A DNA stretch of 64,000 nucleotides. Source: Promethearchaeota archaeon (GTDB taxonomy: Archaea > Asgardarchaeota > Lokiarchaeia > Sigyniarchaeales > SOKP01). The number at the start of each line of letters is the position of its first letter. The first letter of the stretch is position 1. The stretch covers positions 654 through 64,653 of the forward strand of contig JBHLME010000005.1 of NCBI GenBank assembly GCA_048938445.1, in the 5' to 3' direction. Positions 15,687-23,215 of the stretch are shown in pieces. The notes under the pieces were generated by a model. It saw only the letters and a program-made list of their open reading frames with translations. It was not told where the DNA came from and did no database searches. A program made the translations under genes and the position numbers.

Positions 15687-16481
15687 TTAATTAAATGCCT
15701 CCATATCTGTGTTAATCTGAACGAACCATTGATAACGTTCTCTTCCTTTTTCAGTGGTATTATAAATGATCCTCATTCTTTGACCCCAAGATTCTTCATT
15801 TGATGTAATATAACCAGCATTTTCTAATTTATTAAAATATTTTTCTGCTGTAGTTGATTTCAAACTACAATAATCAATTAAATGTGATTTAATTATTCCT
15901 TTCCTAGGATTAGCCTTATTTCTTTCTGCACGTAATATATTCTCTAATATTCTTTGAATTATTATGTTCATTGTGCGATAATTAGTTTTTGGAGCCTCTT
16001 CTTTTAATGTAAATTTTTTAATTTCTTGTGCAAAAATCTCGTGAATTTCCTTTAACTTATTATAATCCTGTTCCCTTTCACCATGTCTTTTCTTTAATTG
16101 AATCATTTGCTTAGATGCATCTTTAAATATTGGTTCCAAATCTTTAATATGACGATGATAAATATAATCATCTGATTCTCGAAAAACCAATGAAAAAGAG
16201 CCTACACCAGAACCACCTCGTCGATATTCATCATCCCATTCAAATAATAAAGAAATTATTTTTTTTCTTCCTGATGAAAATGGAAGAAATGCCAAAGATC
16301 TGGTTGAGGTTGAGGCCTCATCGAATAAAAAATCAATAGTTTTTTGAGCGATTTGATTTGCAAATTTAGTTTTAATTTCTGGGTATGATGCTATTGGTAT
16401 AGGACCTATATGATCATCAAATTCACAAATAATTAAACTAAATTCTAATTCATCAACCATTGGAATAGCTAATGATTTCAT
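15687..16481 (-). CDS. longin-like (folliculin/Lst7-type) domain fused to a C-terminal winged helix-turn-helix
   Basis: 264 aa. N-terminal EFSLIICEFDDHIGPIPIASYP ... SLAFLPFSSGRKKIISLLFEWDDEYRRGGSGVGSFSLVF has a longin-like strand/helix order and recalls folliculin HFCELHGP ... ARG..R.YS. C-terminal SLKSTTAEKYFNKLENAGYITS...RIIYNTTEKGRERY is a wHTH. Confidence 0.5.
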   Translation of the reverse strand: MKSLAIPMVDELEFSLIICEFDDHIGPIPIASYPEIKTKFANQIAQKTIDFLFDEASTSTRSLAFLPFSSGRKKIISLLFEWDDEYRRGGSGVGSFSLVFRESDDYIYHRHIKDLEPIFKDASKQMIQLKKRHGEREQDYNKLKEIHEIFAQEIKKFTLKEEAPKTNYRTMNIIIQRILENILRAERNKANPRKGIIKSHLIDYCSLKSTTAEKYFNKLENAGYITSNEESWGQRMRIIYNTTEKGRERYQWFVQINTDMEAFN

Positions 16482-16657
16482 TATGAATAGGATTGATTTA
16501 TTTAATGTTTTGGGATTTAAAAATTTAGACTCAATAATACCTTGAAAATAATTATATTGTTTTATAAATGGTTCTGTACCATTGGTTCATAAGAATTTAA
16601 ATATACTTTTTTTGATTATTTTTATAAAATTTTTTAAAAAAACATTGAAGTATTTAC

Positions 16658-17584
16658 ATGAAAATTAAAGAAATATTCAAATTTAATAAAAAACATGCTT
16701 TTATATATCTGGGATTCATTCTTACAGTAATCTTATTTTTGTATATATTTATTGGTAATAGACAGGCCTTTCCTTCGATATATACCGAGTCCTTCATAAA
16801 TATTATTCCTGGTCCATTAATCACGGATATTCTTATTTTATATTTTCTTCCTATTGTAATTGTTTTTATCATCCTCAAGTTTGCACCATCTATTAGTAGT
16901 GTTTACTTGAAAGTACATAAAACTGTATATCTTGGAAGAAAAACATTAAATTATGGAATAGTTGAATTAAAACAGGAAAGGAAAATATGGACTTTACTAA
17001 GAAGAGCTTTTCTTATCGGATTTCTTGCTTTTTCATTCAGCTCAAATCTTGTTTTTGCACAATTGGGAGGTTTATTTCGAGCACACATGATACCAATGAA
17101 ACCTGGAGATGAGGCATTACTAGGAGCTGAAGCGATGTTTCTTGGAACATTTTTGTTTACTTCCTTATCATTTCTTATTGTCCTGCCAATTTGGATCATC
17201 GAAGACACTGGTATAATGGTATATCGTACATTTCCCGAAGAATTAAGGACACCTTCAGTAAAAGGAGCATATCGATTATTCGAACAATTAATAGAAGGAT
17301 ATACAGGTATAAATACTGTTATTACCCTTGTAGTGATTATCAGTAACGTCATACCTGCAGTTCTAGGGACACACGGTATGATTGTACCAATAATATTAAT
17401 AATTCTTCCGCTACTTGTTATTGGTCTATTTGCTTTTGCACTGATAATTTATGAAAATTCAGTTCATTCGACAATACAAAAGATGCATGATAAATTATCT
17501 AAAAAAGGATACCAGTTCATATCTATTCCAAATTTTAATGAAATTACATATCAAAAAGAAATTAAGAAGGATTTGAAGGAGTAA
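16658..17584 (+). CDS. polytopic membrane protein
   Basis: 308 aa with about 7 hydrophobic segments. Ends 6 nt before the DUF1566 gene. Confidence 0.5.
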   Translation: MKIKEIFKFNKKHAFIYLGFILTVILFLYIFIGNRQAFPSIYTESFINIIPGPLITDILILYFLPIVIVFIILKFAPSISSVYLKVHKTVYLGRKTLNYGIVELKQERKIWTLLRRAFLIGFLAFSFSSNLVFAQLGGLFRAHMIPMKPGDEALLGAEAMFLGTFLFTSLSFLIVLPIWIIEDTGIMVYRTFPEELRTPSVKGAYRLFEQLIEGYTGINTVITLVVIISNVIPAVLGTHGMIVPIILIILPLLVIGLFAFALIIYENSVHSTIQKMHDKLSKKGYQFISIPNFNEITYQKEIKKDLKE

Positions 17585-17590
17585 TCAGTC

Positions 17591-18784
17591 ATGAGAAAAA
17601 AGGTTAAAATTTCCATAATCATCGCTGTTATTGGCACAGCTGTTATAATTTCAGGAGTAATCATATTTCAATTCTTTATTTCTCCACCATATAATCCTTT
17701 AGAAAGATATGTTCTCTGTGTAAGAGGATCAACAGATTATGGAATTAATAATCTTACAGCTAATCCTGATTTCACAGTTACAGATCATGCGACTGGTCTC
17801 ATGTGGATGATGAATGACAGTGGCACGACCATGAACTGGAGTGAGGCACTGAGTTATGCTGAGAATCTCAATTTTGCGGGATATAATGACTGGAGATTAC
17901 CAAACGCAAAGGAACTTCAAAGCATAGTTAATTACACCCGTGCTCCAGATGCAATTAACGCATCCTTACGTGGACCGGCCATTGATACGAATTTTTTTAA
18001 CATCACTGAAGAAGAATCTTGGTTTTGGACAAGTACAACTCATATTGAGAATGGATATGGTGTTTATGTCTGTTTTGGTATCGCTTCAGCTTACAATACC
18101 TCTGCTGGAGATTTCTCAATGAATGCTCACGGTGCTGGTGCTCAACGAAGTGATCCAAAAAGTGGAGATCCTGCTGATTATCCGCAAGGTCATGGACCAC
18201 AAGGTGATCAAATCCGAATATATAACTATGTGAGAGCCGTTCGCAACGATACTATTGGTTCCGTGAATTACAAGGTTGTAGACACGGGTCAAACAGGTTT
18301 TTTTGGAGAAGGCAACAATTTGATTTCTGAACCAATTGTTGGACAACCTTATTATGGACAAGATGCACATTATGATGGATTTCAATTTTCTTATCAAGAT
18401 AACGGTGATGGAACTATTAACGATTGCAATACGGGATTAATGTGGCAGAAGGCTCCTGCTTCGGAAAAATATAATTGGAATGATGTTTTATCCTATGCTG
18501 AAAATCTATTTTTTGCGGGATATTCAGATTGGCGTTTACCAACCATTAAAGAATTATACTCATTGATAAATTTTAATGGTGATATCAATACACGCACACC
18601 CTATATCAATACGGATTATTTTGATTTTGAATATCCTGATACGAGTACAGGTGCCCGGATTATCGATGCTCAATATTGGTCGTCAACGAAATATGTAGGA
18701 AAAATCATGTACGGTCAAGAAGGAGCTTTTGGAGTAAATTTTGCTGATGGACGAATTAAATGTTATCCTCTTTCACTAATTTAA
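17591..18784 (+). CDS. membrane-anchored protein with two DUF1566 (Lcl C-terminal-like) domains
   Basis: 397 aa with an N-terminal TM anchor. The signature is duplicated: WSEALSYAENLNFAGYNDWRLPNAKELQSIV and WNDVLSYAENLFFAGYSDWRLPTIKELYSLI. Confidence 0.7.
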   Translation: MRKKVKISIIIAVIGTAVIISGVIIFQFFISPPYNPLERYVLCVRGSTDYGINNLTANPDFTVTDHATGLMWMMNDSGTTMNWSEALSYAENLNFAGYNDWRLPNAKELQSIVNYTRAPDAINASLRGPAIDTNFFNITEEESWFWTSTTHIENGYGVYVCFGIASAYNTSAGDFSMNAHGAGAQRSDPKSGDPADYPQGHGPQGDQIRIYNYVRAVRNDTIGSVNYKVVDTGQTGFFGEGNNLISEPIVGQPYYGQDAHYDGFQFSYQDNGDGTINDCNTGLMWQKAPASEKYNWNDVLSYAENLFFAGYSDWRLPTIKELYSLINFNGDINTRTPYINTDYFDFEYPDTSTGARIIDAQYWSSTKYVGKIMYGQEGAFGVNFADGRIKCYPLSLI

Positions 18785-18796
18785 AGAATAAATTTC

Positions 18797-18808
18797 TTTT
18801 TTTTTTTT
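18797..18808 (+). terminator. oligo-T tract (12 T) after 17591..18784
   Basis: T12 run 13 nt after the stop codon. Confidence 0.4.
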
Positions 18809-19021
18809 AATTTTATAAACTCTAGAATAATTCCCCTATAATATTAGGATATTCCTACTAACATCTATGATTCTACGTGAAACTACAGTTTCACGAAAAT
18901 AATTATAATAAAATAAAAAAAATGGAAATAATATGGGGAAATCAATATACCAGTATTTGATCAAAATTAACCAAAGAATATTTTGTTTTTTCAATAATAT
19001 TTGGGAAAAAGACAACAAAAC

Positions 19022-19112
19022 TTTTTATGTTTAAATGATTATTAATCCTAGCAAGCGGCTTGTAAAAATCGTTAAAGAACAAAATACCGCTTGCGTGAAT
19101 AAGGTTTTTAAT
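19022..19112 (+). promoter_or_regulatory. csp promoter/5' leader with 8-bp stem
   Basis: TATA-like TTTTTATGTTTAAA at 19022-19036. GCAAGCGG (19051-19058) pairs perfectly with CCGCTTGC (19087-19094) just upstream of the ATG at 19113. Confidence 0.35.
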
Positions 19113-19355
19113 ATGGTAAATGGAACTGTAAAATGGTTTAATAGCCGAAAAGGTTATGGTTTTATCGCCTCAGAAGAAGGGGCGGACGTTTTTGTTCATT
19201 ATTCTGCCATTAAAGCAGACAACGATGAATACCGTTCATTAAATGAAGGAGATAAGGTTGAATTTGAAATAACTGAAGGTCAGAAAGGCCCACAAGCTAC
19301 TGATGTTGTTGTCACGGAACATGCTCCACGACAACAGAGATCATTTCGTTATTAA
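19113..19355 (+). CDS. csp: cold-shock domain protein
   Basis: [18 protein letters not shown] (RNP1 KGYGFI) and DVFVHYSAI (RNP2). I prefer the internal ATG at 19113 to the track start at 19035, because CSD proteins begin at this motif. Confidence 0.85.
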   Translation: MVNGTVKWFNSRKGYGFIASEEGADVFVHYSAIKADNDEYRSLNEGDKVEFEITEGQKGPQATDVVVTEHAPRQQRSFRY

Positions 19356-19531
19356 TTAAACAAATTAAACTAATCTTATACCTGAACAAATATATTAACA
19401 AATAATAAGTATGAATTAATATGGAATAAGCTTTAGGGTTTTTCGGATATTATGGATTCTTATTAATTTTTTTTTAATTTTTTACCATATCCATTTAAAT
19501 AGTAGATTATATGAAATTTAATTAGTATTTT

Positions 19532-19960
19532 ATGATTAAGTCATGGGTAGAAATAATGGAAACAAAACAATCAGTTAAATTAAAAAGAGCTAAGGGTATT
19601 GGGGGAGTATTACAAAAGCAGCTCGCACCCCTCGAAACAAACGAAAAATTTCTGGAAAGGTATTCAAATCTAAAATTAACACTTTTATTGAATGCAAAAG
19701 ATTCAAAATATGCCGCTGTTGTAAGATTTAATGATGGCAATATAATGGTTGAATCAGTGAGTAATGCTGACGAAAAAGCATTATCTAAAAAGGTTTTATT
19801 TTGGGATGGAATGCTTAAAACTACCACGCCAATTTTCTTGAAAATTGCTATGGGTGAACTTGGCTTAGGAGCAATGGCAAAAAAAATGATTTCCAGAAAA
19901 ATAAAAGCAAAAGGAATAAAAAATTTACTTAAATTACAAAAAATATTTGCTCTCTTATAG
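19532..19960 (+). CDS. SCP2 sterol/lipid-carrier-like domain protein
   Basis: 142 aa. LTLLLNAKDSKYAAVVRFNDGNIMVE...TTPIFLKIAMGELGLGAMAKKMISRKIKAKGIKNLLKL fits the SCP2 pattern (alkyl-carrier fold ending in G.l...kA...gKlkikG....l.kl). Confidence 0.5.
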   Translation: MIKSWVEIMETKQSVKLKRAKGIGGVLQKQLAPLETNEKFLERYSNLKLTLLLNAKDSKYAAVVRFNDGNIMVESVSNADEKALSKKVLFWDGMLKTTTPIFLKIAMGELGLGAMAKKMISRKIKAKGIKNLLKLQKIFALL

Positions 19961-20086
19961 AAGCTTACCTCTTATTATAAGATTTAATGATTAAAAAATT
20001 ATCATAAAATTATAAAGTATTTAAGAAATTTAATAAATAGATTAATTCTTGAAATAAAAAAATTAAAAATAAAAAGGAAAATTTGT

Positions 20087-21496
20087 TTATTTTTTACGTT
20101 TTCCATCAATCTTTTTGATGATGACAGCTTCGGCGTGGATCTTGCAATTCTTGAGTATTATCTTGAAGCCTCCCATACCGCCTGCTCCAGGAACTGTAAA
20201 TGTTTGAGTACCCATTGGAACCATGGCACCAGCAGCTTCATATCCTTCTTCTTCTTCCTCTTCCTCTTCACCAATAGCCATCTTATAAGCATCAGTTTCG
20301 ATGATTGGATGTTTCTTCTCCTCTAACCATGCTTGTAATGCATTGATCTCATTCACATCTTCTTCAGTAGCAATCTTATCGACTAAATCAGCTGGGAGAA
20401 ATTCCGCAACTCTATCCTTAAGTGCTTTGCCCATCCATACAACCGTTTCGATTCCACCATCATATTGTTGATATTTTGGACTGGCGATGTATTGAATACT
20501 GATACCATTGAATCCAGGCATTTGCTTACCGCCACCTGTTTGGTTTGCCATTGCACTGAAAGGAAGTCCGTTAATCGCTGGACCATCATGACTTCTATCA
20601 ATGATTCCATGTCCACCAATTTCAGGAATTAAAAAGTCAATAGCTTCAAAACATCCACAACTCGTATGTGGAAATTCCATTCCCGAATACAAATAGATTG
20701 TCTCGATTTCACCAAGCGATCTTTTCTTTATCATGTCATTAATTCCTTGGTAGTGCCCAGCAAAATTGTCATAGCATTCTCCGGGAGGAACTTCAAAGAT
20801 AGGTCCCTTTGGGTCAACCTTTGCTGCCGCACGCGCGTCAAACCAATTGATGCTGCCACAAAGTGAGGTTCTGTCAGGTGTAATGCAGCAGGCATGAGTT
20901 GGGGCAAAAGATTGACAGAGAACACATCCATAGAACATGTCTACATCCTCATCATGTAGTCCTCTCGCTCTTTCGTCTCGTGCATTATAAACTTCCATAG
21001 CCATTTTATGTGGTTTCTCAATACTTTTCTTGTCCGTATAGAAAGTTACCTGTGCTTTTTCAATGATAGGTAATTCTGCTTTAAAAAGCCTAATTAAAAT
21101 TGTTCCTAACATTTCTAAGGTATTAAAACCCTTCTCAAAAGCTTGAATGCTAATCCTCATCCAGTTTGTATATCGCTGGTTCAGATGCATTATCCCGTTA
21201 ACAAAGTTGCAGAATTCATGAATCCTCCTTTCAAAAACGGCTTCTAAATCTTCTTCTAACTGCTTTCCTGCTACTTCTACAAAAATACCAATTGGTTGAG
21301 AAGAACCTTTCTCCATGTCTTTCAGATCTGGGCCATTAATCGTTACCTTTCCATCCGTCACGTTTTGATTGACCCTTACAAGCTCAAATTTCTTTTCTAC
21401 CTTCGGACCGCCGAGTTCAACGTACATTTGATTACCTCTTATACGTTCACCCTCATAGACCGGTCCCACGTCTACAGGCATATCAGAAAAACTCAT
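20087..21496 (-). CDS. cdhC: acetyl-CoA decarbonylase/synthase complex beta subunit (acetyl-CoA synthase, A-cluster)
   Basis: 469 aa. CQSFAPTHACCITPDRTSLCG and HTSCGCFEAI are the A-cluster Cys motifs. Archaeal-type C-terminal extension with a poly-Glu run. Confidence 0.9.
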   Translation of the reverse strand: MSFSDMPVDVGPVYEGERIRGNQMYVELGGPKVEKKFELVRVNQNVTDGKVTINGPDLKDMEKGSSQPIGIFVEVAGKQLEEDLEAVFERRIHEFCNFVNGIMHLNQRYTNWMRISIQAFEKGFNTLEMLGTILIRLFKAELPIIEKAQVTFYTDKKSIEKPHKMAMEVYNARDERARGLHDEDVDMFYGCVLCQSFAPTHACCITPDRTSLCGSINWFDARAAAKVDPKGPIFEVPPGECYDNFAGHYQGINDMIKKRSLGEIETIYLYSGMEFPHTSCGCFEAIDFLIPEIGGHGIIDRSHDGPAINGLPFSAMANQTGGGKQMPGFNGISIQYIASPKYQQYDGGIETVVWMGKALKDRVAEFLPADLVDKIATEEDVNEINALQAWLEEKKHPIIETDAYKMAIGEEEEEEEEGYEAAGAMVPMGTQTFTVPGAGGMGGFKIILKNCKIHAEAVIIKKIDGKRKK

Positions 21497-21550
21497 ATTA
21501 TTAACTCACTCTTTAATTATTTCTCTTATTTTAATTTTAATAAAACAAAA

Positions 21551-22081
21551 TTATAATTTTTCGATTAATTTCTCCAAAAAATCCTTCCATTCTGCATCGC
21601 TTAGATTAGGCAAGCTAAACCTTGCATTTGGATGGGCGTATTTATCTAAATTGATGGTTTTAAGCCAATCGGTAAAATTTTTCAATTTACTTAAAGCTTG
21701 ACTTGAATAGAACACCAAATGTCCGCTAAAGATTGCCATCTTATACTGACCTTTCCCATCCAAACCTTTCCAATCTCTATCTCCTAATCGAGTTGTGATA
21801 TTTATCAAAGACTCATCATATATCTTATTTTTCGTGATTTTACCATTAACATAACCAAACGCGTGTCCTGTGGTAACGACATCACAATCAATTTTATTAG
21901 CAATCTCAATTAGGTAATCAGCAAGTTTTTTTTCACCCAACTGCCAATTTAAAGACTCTGCTCCAATGACTAAAACTTTTTTCTTAGGATCCTTTAAAAG
22001 ATTCGCCATGACCTGAGGGTCATTTACAGATATTCCCATTTCTGGTCCAGGTATGTTCGCTTTTTGATATGGTCTTGCCAT
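21551..22081 (-). CDS. cdhB: acetyl-CoA decarbonylase/synthase complex epsilon subunit
   Basis: 176 aa. DWKGLDGKGQYKMAIFSG and ARFSLPNLSDAEWKDFLEKLI parallel Methanosarcina CdhB (WPGLDGNGNYDMVI, MSFGNLSKADYYAALDELI, from memory). Lies directly upstream of cdhC. Confidence 0.8.
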   Translation of the reverse strand: MARPYQKANIPGPEMGISVNDPQVMANLLKDPKKKVLVIGAESLNWQLGEKKLADYLIEIANKIDCDVVTTGHAFGYVNGKITKNKIYDESLINITTRLGDRDWKGLDGKGQYKMAIFSGHLVFYSSQALSKLKNFTDWLKTINLDKYAHPNARFSLPNLSDAEWKDFLEKLIEKL

Positions 22082-22217
22082 TATTTATCAAATATCTCTA
22101 TTAGTTTTATTTAAAATTATTAATATACTTAGAATTATTAAGCGTAATATAAAAAAATTGTTTTTATCATGTGAAATAAACGCTTAAAAATAAGAGAACC
22201 ATTTAGGTAGAATTATA

Positions 22218-22517
22218 ATGTGTGAATTTAAAATCATCAAGCAAAATGACAATAATCAAATAGCTGAAGATATTTTAGTGTTATCCTATAATGATAATAA
22301 TGAGTTATTAATTAAAGACATATTAGGAATGGGAATTAAAATAGATTCTGCTTTAATCCTCGATGTTAACACTCTAACACAGAAATGCATGATACTTGAG
22401 CATCCGCTAGTTAACGATTTCATTAGACTAATAAAAGATTTAACGAGTAATTCAGCAAATACAGCTATAATTCAAAAAATGATAAATAATCTCGAAGATT
22501 TGAAAAGCTCTCTTTAA
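22218..22517 (+). CDS. CooT-like nickel-binding protein with C-terminal extension
   Basis: 99 aa. Starts MCEFKII... with Cys2, followed by a beta-rich ~60 aa (EDILVLSYNDNNELLIKDILGMGIKIDSALILDVN...CMILEH) like CooT CODH-maturation proteins. Divergent from cdhB. Confidence 0.5.
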   Translation: MCEFKIIKQNDNNQIAEDILVLSYNDNNELLIKDILGMGIKIDSALILDVNTLTQKCMILEHPLVNDFIRLIKDLTSNSANTAIIQKMINNLEDLKSSL

Positions 22518-22658
22518 ATTTGATTTAAGAGAAGAGAGAATATTGAATTTTTAAGAAATGACATGTCTGGAATTATAATATTATTAGATATTCAATAATA
22601 GAGAAATAAAATAAAATACACATAAGAAATGATTAAATTTTGTTTATTTCACTAAATA

Positions 22659-22961
22659 TTATTTTTTTCCTTTTTTGGTAGGTCTTTTAGCGGGTTTAAT
22701 TTCAATTTCCATGGAAGATACATTAGTTTTTGAACCATCTTCATTTACGAGTTCTTCTGTTGTTATTTTTATATCTCCATATGAAGCTCCAATAGCAAAT
22801 TTATTTTTTAATATTTCGGCAACATCAACAGCTCGAGAGATTGACTTACCCCGAGCCATTAAAATACAAGGATTTCCTGATTCTAAATTCATTATTGCTG
22901 CCATTACATAGTTCATAGTCTTTTTTCTGCCAATAAAAACCTTCATTTCGTCATCAACCAT
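22659..22961 (-). CDS. albA: Alba DNA/RNA-binding protein
   Basis: 100 aa. VFIGRKKTMNYVMAAIMNL...ILMARGKSISRAVDVAEILKNKF...TEEL is the Alba fold signature. Basic tail KRPTKKGKK. Confidence 0.85.
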   Translation of the reverse strand: MVDDEMKVFIGRKKTMNYVMAAIMNLESGNPCILMARGKSISRAVDVAEILKNKFAIGASYGDIKITTEELVNEDGSKTNVSSMEIEIKPAKRPTKKGKK

Positions 22962-23215
22962 TTATTACCACCTTTTTTTCTGTATCTGGTCTTTTTTTTA
23001 GCTTTAATGCCTTTAAAATCTTTAATTTACATACTTTTTTTTATGGATTAATAATCAAGATCAATTATACTTTGTATTTTATATATATGTTGATTTAAAG
23101 GTTGTGTATTAACATGGATGAATATTTTTAATTTTCTTATAAAGAGAGATGATATTTAGTTTAGTTTTAATTTAATAACAAAGAATAATAATTCTAATGG
23201 TATTGTTAAATTAAG

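Noticed and set aside
16654-17352. Minus-strand ORFs 16654..16878 and 16951..17352
   Set aside because: They are fully overlapped by the plus-strand membrane protein gene 16658..17584 and have no motifs, so they are shadow ORFs.
18876-18895. Perfect 8-bp hairpin CGTGAAAC-TACA-GTTTCACG
   Set aside because: It is not followed by a T-run on either strand in terminator configuration. It could be an operator, but there is no supporting evidence, and short palindromes are expected in AT-rich intergenic DNA.
18836-19018. 60-aa minus-strand ORF between the DUF1566 gene and csp
   Set aside because: It is short and low-complexity, and it lies in what is more plausibly the csp promoter region.
19035-19112. 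N-terminal 26-codon extension of the csp ORF given in the track
   Set aside because: CSD proteins start at the M-x-G-x-V-K-W-F motif. The extension would also be translated through a stable stem, so the internal ATG 19113 is preferred.
20244-20270. TTC/CTC triplet repeat resembling a microsatellite
   Set aside because: It is the coding sequence of the poly-Glu linker (EEEEEEEE) in the C-terminal extension of CdhC, not an independent repeat element.
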